Shown: positions 1 to 14,118 of the stretch, one piece after another
Position numbering within the stretch: position 1 is the first letter of the stretch
Layout of the letters: each line of letters starts with the position of its first letter
Origin: Octopus bimaculoides
Taxonomy: Eukaryota
DNA: 64,000 bases
Direction: 5' to 3'
NCBI RefSeq assembly: GCF_001194135.2
Contig: NC_068984.1
Span: 28,345,164-28,409,163 of the forward strand
Translations under genes and position numbers: made by a program
The notes under the pieces: model-generated
The model's input: only the letters and a program-made list of their open reading frames with translations
Databases searched by the model: none
Told to the model about the DNA's origin: nothing

Positions 1-2299
1 TCATGCAGCTACTTTACAACAATAAACCAGTTCTGCTACTACTCTTTCTTTCATATTTTAATGCTCCATCTTCTACTATAGAGCCACCTCTTTTGCGGTT
101 TGTAGCCTTGCATGCAGCATGGTGCATTCATTATTGCTAGTGGATAAAACACCCACTGCACACTGTAAAGTGGGTGGCATTAGGAAGGATGCCCAACAGT
201 ATAAGCCATGCCAAATTAAACAGTGGAGGGCGATCCTTACCCACATGGAACATGAACATTAGATGATGAAGATGATGATATGGGTGATATAAGATTATTG
301 TAATTTGCTTGAAACATTGCAATGTTTAAATTATAGAAGTGGTTTAAAAAAAACCATTGAGCAATGAAGGACAGAAGTTAGGCAAAGTGTGTAGAGTAAT
401 AGATTACATATGTTAACTTCTCTTATATTTCAGGAAAGATGCCCCTTTTTGAATACAAAAAATGAATACTCCAAAAGTTGAGAGAAAAAGTGCAATTATT
501 GGTAAAAACTTTCGGTTGGTGCTATCTATATGTAAGATGAATATATTTATTAATGTATGTAAGCAATAATAAATTCAGCATCTTGTGTTTAGATCTGGTC
601 ATATAAAAACGGGAATATATTTATCAGTCTACATACTATTGAATGTATACACATAAACATACAAACATATACATACATAAAATTACAAATGTACATGTAT
701 ATACACATGTATTTATGTAGATGTGTGAAAATGTATATATGTGTGTATGTATGTATATGTGTGCATATCTGTATGTATATACACACACTAGTGCTTGTAC
801 ATGAAGAAATGTTTTTCTGCTTCTATACACATTGACATGAAAATATTCTGTGTCTGTATGCAGAAGTCTGCTTATATCTGTATTTGTTCATGTATGTAAA
901 ATATGGTATAGGCATGGGTATGTCTTTATGTAGAATATACCTTGTTCAGATCACAGGTGTTAGCATGCATGCTATTCATACAATATGTAAACAATATATA
1001 AATGCAAGCACCAGTGTGTTTGAGTTATATCTCCTTCAGAATTATTTACAAGATTCAAGTTAGATCTTCTTTTATAGAAGAAGAGAAAGTTTTCTGGTCA
1101 ACACACTAGCAAGAATAATGAAGAATTACCTCTACAGAGTGTCTTTATAAGTATCTCAATAGTTTCTTACATATATGTGTGTCATGCTAAAATCGATAAG
1201 AAAGTGCTGCAACACAGTATTGACAACTGACACAATGATATTCCATGGCTATTGATAACTGCTAGCAAATCTCCCTTGTAGTTCACACATAAGAGAAGAA
1301 GACTAGTCATTATCACAAAGAGACCAGCTTTTATATTGAACTAAGAATATCATGACTTTGTTCCCCACTTCAAACTTCACCCACACACACCTCCATATTT
1401 CACACTGTTTGAAAGAATTAAGCTTTGACTGTTATATATTCAATTGAATTAAGGGTGGGGTTCATTTACCTTTTAATGTTTTATCCATTGAACAAAGAAA
1501 ACTTTTACAGTGAAGTACTAGCAGACATGATGTGGTGAGACCAATAACTTTAATTAATAGATAGTGCTTGTACCCTAGTACTAAAGAAAGGCAAGCCTTG
1601 TTGAACAATGTTTAACAAAGTCAAACAAAAGTAAGAGAGACAACTTGAAATCAAAATTTTTTTTAATTAGTTGAAACATATTTGTCCATTTCTTGTTCAA
1701 TAAAAGCAGTGTTATAAGGACTTTTTAATGAAGTTATTTACTGGTAATTAATGTTCATGGTTGTTACTCTTTAAATACTTATTATTTTTTATACAATACA
1801 TTTAATGAACAACAGCATCATTGGTTTCCAATTTCCCGTATACCAAATGCAGGTCCATCACATTTCCACAAGCAAAAGTGACAATGGATTGTCTGTGCAA
1901 CTTGGACTGAACAAATACTAGATTCAATTTTCATTTGATTGCATTGGTTTATTGAGTTTTTTTTCAATATACCCCCATCAGATATACACCTACATACATA
2001 CACAGACATATATGTACATATGAACATGCACATACTCACAGGCATTTATTATGAGCTCCTGCACAGCTTTAATCTATCAAATTCCACCCACAAGGCCTCA
2101 CCTAATCCAAGACTATGATTAAAAAGGCTGATCCAAGGTGCTGCACAGTAAAACCAAACCCAGAAGCACATAATTAACAAAGGGAACTTCAAAATTATCA
2201 CTTCTACTGCTACAATTACCCATACGGTTTTGAGCTTACTGTGAACCACTTCTGTCTGATCCCTTATTTTTCTCTCACTCCTCTTTCTTCTACACTTAC

Positions 2300-2460
2300 T
2301 GTGCCACACTTCTCAATCAGACCTGCCTACTTCTGGAAGTATACCTCCATTTTCTTTTCCTTCTCCATCAAATCCTTTACTGGATTCTCATTTGAACATT
2401 AACTATAGCGAATGTGTCTACTTACTGTTCTCTTCTTGAAAAAGCTGTGGGGCTTCATTT
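2300..2460 (+). mobile_element. possible degenerate CR1/Jockey-group LINE ORF2 fragment
   Basis: Manual translation SDLPTSGSIPPFSFPSPSNPLLDSHL..KSCG resembles the segment just before the RT domain in this LINE group; weak, stop-interrupted. Confidence 0.3.
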
Positions 2461-3229
2461 CACCTCTGATTATAAGAATTATAAGACTAATTTATAAGAA
2501 ATTGATAAAACTGCATCACATGCAAGTTAAATTTTTTGAGATTTAAAAAAATTTTATTAAAGAAGCATTTTTCATCTCTTTGGCAGAAATGTCATGCCCA
2601 TTATCCATTTTGGGGCCTCTAGCACTGGTGGGAGTGGGGAAGACATTTATTCTCAAACCAGAGATCTGGCTCAAATACCTGCAATAGTGCAGTCACCATT
2701 AAAAATGTTCCAAGATGTGCTAATCAGGGTAACATACTTTTAAGTCTGCCACTCAAGTAGCACATGATAGGATTTGAAATCAGAATGCTCAGAATCAAAA
2801 GAAACTGCAAGGTATTCTATTTGATATTCTTCTAGTTCCTTCAATTCACTAGATTGGTACTTTTTTATTGACTCTAGAAAAAGGAAAGGCAAAGCTGGGC
2901 TTAACAGTATTTGAACTCAGAGTGCAGTTTTCCAGTAAACTAGTGAATGTTGCCATTAGCATCAATAAATCAAAAAATGAGGGTTCAAGAAATATTGAAT
3001 AATCCACTGATGCGAGGAATTGAATTTAGTTACTGTCCACACCCTAAACAAATTCTTTGTCTTTTACATCATCTCTGCACCTATTTGTTATTTTCATCTT
3101 AGGTAACTGGTTTGGAGTTCTACCAGCTCTATGTTAACTACATCTGACAATACATGTACTTCACTCCCTTATTCTTCAGAAACAATTTAAAAGCTGATTA
3201 AAACCATCTTCTTAAGCACGCCCTCACAC

Positions 3230-3620
3230 ATCCCATATGTTCATAGTATAAGTGTCTCCAGTTGTTTTTTCATGGCTGCACTGAAGCAGTTCAGACAAAG
3301 AACACAGTCATAAAAGCTTGAAGAAAAAAAATCACCCGTCCCAATTAACCATCCTTACTCAGCAAAGCAACTTCTGGAAGACCTTCATCCAATCTATAAA
3401 GGATCACATCAACTGCAAGCTTTTCCATCTTCCAAACTGCAATCAATCCTTTTGGTCACTTACAAAAATGAACTCTATTATTGAAGAATCCTTCATTCTT
3501 CCACTTCTCAACAACTATGCTTCTGTAAGCAGTATTTCCACAGTGGAAACTTCCACATTTGCTACCTTATTTAAATCCATTTCTACACTTCACACAAAAT
3601 ATCTTCTAAAACTATTCACC
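3230..3620 (+). mobile_element. degenerate CR1/Jockey-group LINE ORF2 (endonuclease-RT linker)
   Basis: ORF 3318-3761 contains QSFWSLTKMNSIIEESFILPLLNNYASVSSISTVETSTFATLFKSISTL, resembling the FW-x-L-x-K..PPL..A..FA..F..NSTL linker of invertebrate LINEs; recognised by eye. Confidence 0.6.
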
Positions 3621-4139
3621 CAACTAATGCAATACCCCCGCCCCTCACACACACACACTCATGTGCATGCATGCAATCACTCACTCACTCATTCACACAC
3701 ACACACACACACAGGGAAAGTACAACTATTCACTTTAAATAAGCAGAACCATTGGTTGTAGTATTACCTTTTCCGTTACCTTCAAAAATAGCACCCTAGA
3801 CCTAGCCTCCTTATTCACGAAACTCTTAAGGCTCTTGATAGTGATATCATCATCATCATCATTTAACGCCCATTTTCCATGCTAGACATTAAAGTGTTAT
3901 TCCTCATGACAATTACTTTATTCAACATTCTATAAACTCACCTTAAGAATTCTGTAACTGTCACATATTTCTAGATAACTTTCTTCTCCAATATTTATTC
4001 TTATAAAAAATACAGGAATTTAGGTCTAGTAATCCATTTTTTTGTTTTACTTGCTGAATCTAAAGGAAAGGGTAGTGTCCATGTCATTTGGAAGTCCTTC
4101 ATAATTGCAGAGCTTAATGCCATAGAGGTACCATTTAAA

Positions 4140-4330
4140 CTGTTACAGTTAACACCTGCAGAAAAAACTTGAAGTGGGAGAAAACTTCAGAGGGATGATG
4201 TTCTGAAGAGGAAGGACTGGGAATGGTGGTTAGTTTGTGGCCTAGAGAGATGTTCACAACAAAAGTGATGAAATGCAGAGGGATGAGTAGAACAAAAATG
4301 TTTGATTAGTGTAGGTATGAGGTCAGTCAC
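4140..4330 (-). mobile_element. degenerate C-terminus of CR1/Jockey-group LINE ORF2
   Basis: Minus-strand translation ..LSRPQTNHHSQSFLFRTSSL*SFLPLQVFSAGVN resembles the SF-x-PRT-xx-LWNSLP-xx-VFP terminal motif. Confidence 0.55.
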
Positions 4331-5023
4331 CTCCAAGGAACAGAAACCATTCTAGTTTAGGCATAATTTGAAACTCAGAACAACTAAATACCAGTATTTG
4401 TTTTCTTGCCTGATATAGGCATTGTTTCTTATGATTGATGACTGAGTATCAGTCAAGACAATATCTATATATTTTCTCCAAAGCTGGTCAGGCTTTCCTA
4501 CATTATTAGTTTAATTATTCAGGATGATGTTGTTGTTATTGTTGGTTAGTAATCTTAGAGAATTCTGATTAAGAAAGATCAAAGGTAAAGAAATATTTAA
4601 AAATAAATAAATAAATGAAATAAAATTTGGCTGGTGATCTGCAAAATCAAGATGACAGATAAGTTTTAAAATGTAGGAATAAAGATATGAATGACAGAAT
4701 AATTCACTTTAGACAATCCTGTGCAGACAAACATCAATTTTCCATATTGACTTCCCTTGCTAGAATCTTTTATTTTCAATCTTAAATTGACTTCTCAAAA
4801 TAAGCCATATAATTCAATATCTCTTATTCTTCTTGTCTGCAATACTTTGGTGTCTGGCAAACATTTATGTTACCATGACGGATTGTTGGATCACACATAC
4901 TGACAGTAGTAACAACACTGTTAATCTATTAAATGATCGCTATTTTATACCCTTGCCAAACTTGTATATGTATCAATGTGGGGACAGAATTAGAAGCTCT
5001 GACAGATGGAGTAACAAATCTAT

Positions 5024-5059
<36 letters not shown>

Positions 5060-5565
5060 GCACACACTCTCACACAAAAATACATACACATACAGGTATA
5101 AATAAGCACTCACAAACACATACATATATATACAATATTTGTGGATACACATGCCTAAATGTGAATAAACAGACATCAACAAAGAGAATAAAAAGCAGAG
5201 AAATAGAGTGACAGATTATAATAGCTTTACTAATATACATATTTTTCTGTGCAAATACATTTATTTACACATACATATATATATTTGTATTAATATGTGT
5301 ATATATGTATATATTTATTTATGTGTATAAATTACAGCATTTTATATGCATATATATACATATGCATATATATGTATATAGATACATGTGTATAAAAATA
5401 TATATATGTATATGCATATATATGTGTGTGTATATATATATATATATGTATATACACAGACACATACATACATACCTATATACATATGTATGTACGTGTG
5501 TCCATGTGCATGTGTGTATGGATATATTGCATCGTCTTCATATTTTACATTCATTTTCTATTTAG

Positions 5566-5623
5566 GCATATGCTGGATGATGACACAACAGAATCTGACA
5601 TGTCAGAGGACATGCTGGACTAA
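5566..5623 (+). CDS. candidate terminal coding exon (HMLDDDTTESDMSEDMLD*), gene unknown
   Basis: Acceptor cattttctatttag at 5552-5565, open frame to TAA at 5621-5623, AATAAA at 5697-5702. No upstream exon could be linked. Confidence 0.35.
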
Positions 5624-5960
5624 TATCTCAATTTTGGCCTAGTTTCTATGACCCTTCCTAGGACCACCCACTTTACAGAGTGAATTGGATACATTTAATA
5701 AAGTCACCAGTATTTCATAGGTTGTTTTGCTTCTAGCAAGACTCACATGTCCTCTCTTAATTTGCCAATCCCTCCACATGACAGAAGCACATCACTGAGT
5801 GTTTTTACATGGTCCCAGCATTAATGTGGCTATCTTCAAGCTTTAACATGCTTTAATGGGAAAATGAAAGTGCCATTGAACACATATGCTGCAAAGCCTA
5901 CTTCTCCAGAATTCAAACACCAGTACACCAGCTGATAAATTTGGCTTCAAACTATGAAAA

Positions 5961-5991
<31 letters not shown>

Positions 5992-6363
5992 TTGGCTGTC
6001 TGTCTGTCTATTTCCCTAGATAAAGGATCTTGAGAATTTTGCCCCTGATTTTATAAATACAATCAAAAATGTAAAATTCTGGTATTCCTATGAACCCTTA
6101 CAAAACCCTACTTTCCCTAGACACCGCTACAAAGCACATTTTAAAACATGGCTCATATACACATTCTTATTGCTTAAGCAAAGAACACATACATTCTTTT
6201 AAAAATACTATCACCAAAACATACAAGGACCACTGCCCAATGTTCTTTCCAAACCTATATACAAATATGTATAGATATAATACAAATAACAAATAAGTAT
6301 ATGCATATATACGTACATGTATGTACAAACCTACATCTACATGTATATATAGATGCATATCTG

Positions 6364-6463
6364 GGTACAGGACGTTGCAAAAAAAAACGTAGATAAAATG
6401 ATAAACAGAATACAGAAAACACACAGGCCACATAGAGAACATTTTCCTTCATCAGCTGCCACC
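6364..6463 (-). ncRNA. degenerate type I hammerhead-like motif (long stem II)
   Basis: Minus strand GGUGGCAG-CUGAUGA-A-GGAAAA...UUUUUU-GCAA-CG-UC-CUGUACC; stem I pairs, but the core reads GCAA instead of GAAA. Confidence 0.45.
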
Positions 6464-6810
6464 ATTCTAAAACTAAGCGTTTATACATATATATGTATAC
6501 ACACATACACACTTGCATAAATATTCAATTGAAAAACATAAAGCTAGTATGCTTTTCTGGATGGGTTATGTCACTGTGAACATATGACAGATTTAAGAGG
6601 AAACTGGCTATAAGAGGTATCAGATGTTGCATGCAAGAGAGAAGACTGCGCTGCTATGGTCATGTAATGCATATGGATGAAGACAGCTGCATAAAGAAGT
6701 GCTGATCTCTAATTGTGGAGGGACTCTGTGGAAGAGGTAGACCCAGGAAAATGTGAGACATATATATTACTTATTATATATATATACACACATATATATA
6801 TATTACTTAT

Positions 6811-6844
<34 letters not shown>

Positions 6845-6846
<2 letters not shown>

Positions 6847-7189
6847 TCATCATCATCATCATCATCATCGTTTAACGTCCGCTTTCCATGCTAGCATGGG
6901 TTGGACGATTTGACTGAGGACTGGTGAAACCGGATGGCAACACCAGGCTCCAGTCTAATTTGGCAGAGTTTCTACAGCTGGATGCCCTTCCTAACGCCAA
7001 CCACTCAGAGAGTGTAGTGGGTGCTTTTACGTGTCACCCGCACGAAAACGGCCACGCTCGAAATGGTATCTTTTATGTGCCACCCGCACAAGCCAGTCCA
7101 GGGGCACTGGCAACGATCTTGCTCGAAAATCCTACGGGAGTCAGTCAGGCGGTACTGGCAACGGCCACGCTCAAAATGGTGCATCTCAT
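6845..7189 (-). mobile_element. RTE-type LINE 3' end with (GAT)n tail, running into a gap
   Basis: catcatcatcgtttaacgtccgctttccatgctagcatgggttggacg... is near-identical to 40822 onward, where the same element carries RT coding sequence. Confidence 0.85.
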
Positions 7190-7974
7190 NNNNNNNNNNN
7201 NNNNNNNNNNNNNNNNNNNNNNNNNNNNNNNNNNNNNNNNNNNNNNNNNNNNNNNNNNNNNNNNNNNNNNNNNNNNNNNNNNNNNNNNNNNNNNNNNNNN
7301 NNNNNNNNNNNNNNNNNNNNNNNNNNNNNNNNNNNNNNNNNNNNNNNNNNNNNNNNNNNNNNNNNNNNNNNNNNNNNNNNNNNNNNNNNNNNNNNNNNNN
7401 NNNNNNNNNNNNNNNNNNNNNNNNNNNNNNNNNNNNNNNNNNNNNNNNNNNNNNNNNNNNNNNNNNNNNNNNNNNNNNNNNNNNNNNNNNNNNNNNNNNN
7501 NNNNNNNNNNNNNNNNNNNNNNNNNNNNNNNNNNNNNNNNNNNNNNNNNNNNNNNNNNNNNNNNNNNNNNNNNNNNNNNNNNNNNNNNNNNNNNNNNNNN
7601 NNNNNNNNNNNNNNNNNNNNNNNNNNNNNNNNNNNNNNNNNNNNNNNNNNNNNNNNNNNNNNNNNNNNNNNNNNNNNNNNNNNNNNNNNNNNNNNNNNNN
7701 NNNNNNNNNNNNNNNNNNNNNNNNNNNNNNNNNNNNNNNNNNNNNNNNNNNNNNNNNNNNNNNNNNNNNNNNNNNNNNNNNNNNNNNNNNNNNNNNNNNN
7801 NNNNNNNNNNNNNNNNNNNNNNNNNNNNNNNNNNNNNNNNNNNNNNNNNNNNNNNNNNNNNNNNNNNNNNNNNNNNNNNNNNNNNNNNNNNNNNNNNNNN
7901 NNNNNNNNNNNNNNNNNNNNNNNNNNNNNNNNNNNNNNNNNNNNNNNNNNNNNNNNNNNNNNNNNNNNNNNNNN
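7190..7974. other. assembly gap (N run); other gaps at about 9893-10824, 12088-12097, 13034-13151, 15939-16038, 20815-20837, 41198-41429, 50874-50883, 57879-58287
   Basis: N characters; each gap abuts a microsatellite or lies inside a SINE/LINE copy. Confidence 0.98.
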
Positions 7975-8032
7975 TTTATTGCACCTGAACATCTGCCACA
8001 AACAAAAACTAACTAGCTAGTTAAATATATAT

Positions 8033-8067
<35 letters not shown>

Positions 8068-8068
<1 letters not shown>

Positions 8069-8232
8069 TACACTCTCGGAGTGGTTGGCGTTAGGAAGAG
8101 CATCCAGCTGTAGAAACTCTGCCAAATTAGATTGGAGCCTGGTGTCACCTCCTGGTCCACCAGGCCTCAGTCAAATCGTCCAACCCATGCTAGCACGGAA
8201 AGCGGACGTTAAACGATGATGATGATGATGAT
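8068..8232 (+). mobile_element. RTE-type LINE 3' end fragment
   Basis: cactctcggagtggttggcgttagg...aaagcggacgttaaacgatgatgatg, same family as 6845-7189 in the opposite orientation. Confidence 0.85.
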
Positions 8233-8973
8233 ATATTTGTTCTTATGATGGGTTTCTGTCAATCTTCATTTACCAAACCCATTCACAAGACTTTGGTCGG
8301 CCCAGGTCAGGTGTATAGTAGAAAATATCTGCCTAAAGTGACCATGCAGTAGGGCTAAACCAAAAATCATTTGACAGAGTATTGACCACGCTGCAATGCG
8401 TAAAGTGCTAATGTGTGATTCACTTGAGGTATATTTGACTGCTATTTTAGCGTAGAAGTTCCCTTAGTAGCTTGAATAGAAAGATTTTCCAGAGAACATT
8501 GGCATTGACAAAAAAATGTAGTGAGATTTTGTATATTTAAATAGTTCCTGTTCTATTCCTGTCAATTTTCCTGTATATCAACAACACTGGTTATTTTTGT
8601 ACATATCATTCTTTCTTGTGAAACTACACTGGTAAATACAGTTTAAAAAGAAAAAAAGAAAACAGATATAAAGTCTCCATGCATCTTTTGACAGGAGCAT
8701 ATACAGAAAAAAAAATGTTCTTTTACAGACACTGCCATGTGTATAATGATAGACTTTCAGAAACTCAGATAATTGCACTCTACATCTTGGAATTCAAGTG
8801 CATGAGCTGATATCAGTACAAATTCATGGAGCTCATTCAAAGACCTGTTCCTAAAACATCTTTGTATCTGACCTTTTGACCAGCATCTCAACTTCTTAGT
8901 TCTGCTTCATTCTTTCTTTCTCTCTTTCTTCTTCTGTTTTTTTTTTCTTTCTTGTTTCTTTCTTTGATTGTTG

Positions 8974-9047
8974 TTATTCTTTGAGAATTTTTCTACTATC
9001 ATCACTTTTCATTGATTCTCTGATCAAATGTCTGATTTCCTTTGATG
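8974..9047 (-). CDS. candidate terminal coding exon (xSKEIRHLIRESMKSDDSRKILKE*), gene unknown
   Basis: Strong minus-strand acceptor gtatttgcttttgtattttctag; one frame open to TAA. Confidence 0.3.
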
Positions 9048-10832
9048 CTAGAAAATACAAAAGCAAATACATACATACAAACATAACTTCATAATATATC
9101 CACATATCACTACACATAAACAGCACTGAATATTAAGTACATGTACTCATTTCTGTCTGAATATATGTATGTGTACGCCTATACATATATTACATACATA
9201 TGCATATATATAAATGTGTATGTATGTATGTATGTATGTGTGTGTGTGTGAGTAATTTTACATTCACTTTTGAAACAGGCATGGGTTGGCTGGCTTGCCA
9301 CAATTTGAGTTGGGATTTTATTCAAGGCTAATGATTACCTAAACAGATTAGATGACTATGTCTCATGAGTTTCATTTGTGGGTTGGTTCCAACAGCAATA
9401 TGTCGTTCTTATCACCAGCCACATTACAGCGTGTACTGGATGCTTTTTTCTATGACGTCATTATGGGAGATGTATCATAGTCTAGACAAGATTAAAGAGA
9501 TTTCTTAACCTTTTTGCATATACATGTACTTATATTTATTTATGCAAATATATATATAAACACACGCACATGCACATACACACACACACACACGCGCACA
9601 CACAAAATAGAGGTGAACACCTTTTTCCATGTGAAAAATTGTTAAGACACTTGGATATTTACCTACATTTCTTAGCCTTAATTCACAAATAAAGAGATTA
9701 TATCGACCAATGTGGTGTTCAGCACTCATTTTCATCATTCAATATTTACGTATATATATATATATTTAAAACAACACACCCACTCAGACAGAGAGACACA
9801 CACACACTCCCACGCACACACACAGATGCACACATACATACACACACATACGTACACACCCTCACACATACATACGGTTGCTCTCACACACANNNNNNNN
9901 NNNNNNNNNNNNNNNNNNNNNNNNNNNNNNNNNNNNNNNNNNNNNNNNNNNNNNNNNNNNNNNNNNNNNNNNNNNNNNNNNNNNNNNNNNNNNNNNNNNN
10001 NNNNNNNNNNNNNNNNNNNNNNNNNNNNNNNNNNNNNNNNNNNNNNNNNNNNNNNNNNNNNNNNNNNNNNNNNNNNNNNNNNNNNNNNNNNNNNNNNNNN
10101 NNNNNNNNNNNNNNNNNNNNNNNNNNNNNNNNNNNNNNNNNNNNNNNNNNNNNNNNNNNNNNNNNNNNNNNNNNNNNNNNNNNNNNNNNNNNNNNNNNNN
10201 NNNNNNNNNNNNNNNNNNNNNNNNNNNNNNNNNNNNNNNNNNNNNNNNNNNNNNNNNNNNNNNNNNNNNNNNNNNNNNNNNNNNNNNNNNNNNNNNNNNN
10301 NNNNNNNNNNNNNNNNNNNNNNNNNNNNNNNNNNNNNNNNNNNNNNNNNNNNNNNNNNNNNNNNNNNNNNNNNNNNNNNNNNNNNNNNNNNNNNNNNNNN
10401 NNNNNNNNNNNNNNNNNNNNNNNNNNNNNNNNNNNNNNNNNNNNNNNNNNNNNNNNNNNNNNNNNNNNNNNNNNNNNNNNNNNNNNNNNNNNNNNNNNNN
10501 NNNNNNNNNNNNNNNNNNNNNNNNNNNNNNNNNNNNNNNNNNNNNNNNNNNNNNNNNNNNNNNNNNNNNNNNNNNNNNNNNNNNNNNNNNNNNNNNNNNN
10601 NNNNNNNNNNNNNNNNNNNNNNNNNNNNNNNNNNNNNNNNNNNNNNNNNNNNNNNNNNNNNNNNNNNNNNNNNNNNNNNNNNNNNNNNNNNNNNNNNNNN
10701 NNNNNNNNNNNNNNNNNNNNNNNNNNNNNNNNNNNNNNNNNNNNNNNNNNNNNNNNNNNNNNNNNNNNNNNNNNNNNNNNNNNNNNNNNNNNNNNNNNNN
10801 NNNNNNNNNNNNNNNNNNNNNNNNTATATATA

Positions 10833-11197
10833 TACTCTTTACTCTCTCTTTCACTTGTTTCAGTCATTTGACTGCGGCCATGCTGGAGCACCGCCTGTAG
10901 TCAAGCAAATTGACCCCAGGACTTATTCTTTGTAAGCCTAGTACTTATTCCTTGGTACTCTTTTGCCAAACCACTAAGTGACGGGAACGTAAACACACCA
11001 GCATCAGTTGTCAAGCGATGTTGGGGGACAAACACAGACACACAAACATATATACATACATATATATACATATATACGACAGGCTTCTTTCAGTTTCCAT
11101 CTACCAAATCCACTCACAAGGTGCTATGCAGTGGGACTGAACCCAGAACCATGTGGTTGGTAAGCAAGCTACTTACCACACAGCCACTCCTGTGCCT
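10833..11197 (-). mobile_element. SINE family A (tRNA-like head, central microsatellite)
   Basis: Reverse complement of the 42120-42515 and 56622-57028 copies. Confidence 0.85.
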
Positions 11198-12044
11198 ATA
11201 TGGATATAATTTTGTGACATATATCTGTATGATACATTAATTTACTCTAATGTTTATGTACATACCTAGTTAACTAGAAGATAATTCCCGATGTGTCTGG
11301 ATTCATTACAGATTTGTGATATTGATATCTAAATGGTTGACTCTCACAAACCTCAATAACTGAATTATTAAGATTTCTAAAAGACAGATTTTCTAAAGTA
11401 CATAATCCTCTGATTTTAAATTCATTTGTAAATAGTTTGAATCCTTCAAGAATATTCCATTTGATGTTGAATGCAATATAACATTCTTGCAAGGCTGACA
11501 CATGGCTTAGCTTGACATATTACCCTTTTTTATAATTTAGAAGGAGACTATTTGATTTCAGCTGTGACGTTTAAATTTATTATCCATCAAAGTCATAACA
11601 TTTCTACCCAGTGTCAGTATCAGTGATTTTGGTGGAAGTGACCCTTTTTTAGATAATTAACATTAGCATTACAAATGCATGAGCAATCTATCAATATTAG
11701 TTTAGTTGGTTTCTTTGAATTGAAGTTCCACTTATTATTCATGCAGTTATAACCCACTTTTAATTTGTTTTTATTAAATAATTTCCTCTTACATTTTTGA
11801 CAAGGAAATATTAACTGCTAAGAAGCTTTATACTTATTTGTTTTAATGTGATGCTTGCCATCTAAGAAATTATATGATCTCAATACACACATTATATTAT
11901 AGTCAAATATATATCCTTGTTATATTTTTCATAATCATATCTGCATTCTCTTTGCTTCACACATACATGTATATCCTATGTGATTCATAAATGAGAATAT
12001 TTTTGTGTGTGTATGTGTAAGTAATGTATATTCATGCATAATGA

Positions 12045-12087
<43 letters not shown>

Positions 12088-12097
12088 NNNNNNNNNN

Positions 12098-12139
<42 letters not shown>

Positions 12140-12842
12140 ACAAAAACACAGAGATGAGCAGAGGCATTATTTCAGTGACATATTATATGTATACCTTACT
12201 GAAATATAGACTCACAATAATCCTCTGGGAATGCTACTATCAGAGACACTAATGTTGTTTTTAAACATAATTTATTATGAGAAAAATTCCACAAATGTAG
12301 TTAACTCCTGCCACTGAAGTAATTTTATCAGTGTTGCTATTCATAGCAGTAATTGTTTGACATATGCTATTTAAATATGTAACTATATTCTTGTATAATG
12401 AGAGATACAGTAATATATAATATTCAATACTGTTTTTTACTGGTGAGGTCAGGAAAGAAGTAGTAATTATGTATAATAAACTATTTGTATTTATGGACAT
12501 TTGAAGCATCTAACATTACTAAGATAATAATTGCTTGTATATCTGTGCATGTATTTGTGATATATGCTCATAAGTTTTGTTGTTTTGTTGACTGCTTTAT
12601 ATGAATATCAAAATAGTCCCAGTACTTGACAGATATTTTATGAATTGACTCTCTGAAAGGATAAAAGGCAAAATTAACCTTAGTGAAATTTGAACTCAGC
12701 ATATAAAGGGTTGCAACTCAACACCATGCACCTTTCTTGGATGCTCTAACTCATCAGGCAGTAGAAAGAAAGCATATAAGTACCCTGACACCCTGTCTTT
12801 GTTTAAAGTATATAGTCTTTTAATTTCTTTTTTTTTTTTTTT

Positions 12843-13653
12843 TACTTGTTCCAGTCATTTGACTGCAGCCATGCTGGAGCACCACATTTAGTCTAACAAA
12901 TTGACCCCAGGACTTATTCTTTGTAAGCCTAGCACTAATTCTATCAACCCTTTTGCTGAACCACTAAGTTACCAACATCGATTGTCAAGCGATAGTGAGG
13001 GGACAAACACAGACACATAAGCATATGCATATANNNNNNNNNNNNNNNNNNNNNNNNNNNNNNNNNNNNNNNNNNNNNNNNNNNNNNNNNNNNNNNNNNN
13101 NNNNNNNNNNNNNNNNNNNNNNNNNNNNNNNNNNNNNNNNNNNNNNNNNNNTCGAATGTCTTTGGCATGTGTAAAGATATTCAAGCGAGATCGTTGCTAG
13201 TGCTGCCAAACTGGCTCCTGTGCAGATGGCATGTAAAATACACCATTTTGAGCGTGACCGTTGCCAGTACCACCTGACTGGCCTTCGTGCCGGTGGCACA
13301 TAAAACCACCCACTACACTCTCGGAGTGGTTGGCGTTAGGAAGGGCATCCAGCTGTAGAAACTCTGCCAAATCAAATTGGAGCCTGGTGTAGCCATCTGG
13401 TTTCACCAGTCCTCAGTCAAATCGTCCAACCCATGCTAGCATGGAAAGCAGACATTAAACGATGATGATGATATATATAAATACATATACGACAGGCGTC
13501 TTTCAGTTTCCAACTACCAAATCCATTCACAAGGCTTTGGTCAGCCTGAGTCTAGAGTTGAAGATGCTTGCCCAAGGTTCAATGCAATGGAACTGAACCC
13601 AGAACCATGTGGTTGAGAAGCAAGCTTCTTACCAAACAGCCATGCTCGTGCCT
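12843..13653 (-). mobile_element. SINE family A interrupted by an RTE 3' fragment
   Basis: 3' half at 12843-13030 and head at about 13484-13653 flank a gap plus the RTE fragment 13152-13470. Confidence 0.75.
13152..13470 (+). mobile_element. RTE-type LINE 3' end fragment
   Basis: Same 3' UTR, ending ggaaagcagacattaaacgatgatgatg. Confidence 0.85.
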
Positions 13654-13907
13654 TATTGTTTTATTGGTTCTTATGCATTGCCATATTTCCTACTGCAGTG
13701 GCTGCATAACTCTGATACACATGTGTATTTTGTAGAGTATTGTTGTTGCAGGAAACTATCCCTTATGATACTATTGTATGAATATAGTGCTGCTTATAAA
13801 TAAATAAATGTAGTGTATCCAGGACCAAATGTTAGGATAGGAGTCACTGGAATATCTTTGATCTGGGGTTAAAAAAACAACAATAGTTAGCATATATTAT
13901 CTATGCT

Positions 13908-14068
13908 AAAGGCATGGCTGTGCAGTTTAAGAAGCCTGCTTTGCATTCACATAGTTTTGGTCTCAGTCCCATGGCATAGAACCTTGGACAAGTGTCTTCC
14001 TATAGCACAATGCTGACCAATGCTTTGTGAGTGAATTTAGGTGATGGAAACTGCATACAAGCCCAACA

Positions 14069-14118
<50 letters not shown>

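Noticed and set aside
434-501. Plus-strand exon with good acceptor
   Set aside because: Stops in all three frames and a weak donor; it could not be linked in phase to 1078 or 5566.
4933-5560. YI/HT/CV-rich ORFs (also 589-830, 34384-34849, 62906-63232)
   Set aside because: Dinucleotide microsatellite translations.
6924-10935. Long ORFs of 270-407 aa in the ORF track
   Set aside because: They are runs of X across N gaps; the same applies to 40890-41568 and 57750-58370.
11274-11501. 75-aa minus-strand ORF (also 12261-12509, 17709-17933, 30668-31006)
   Set aside because: No recognisable domain or consistent splice sites; ORFs of this length are expected by chance in 64 kb.
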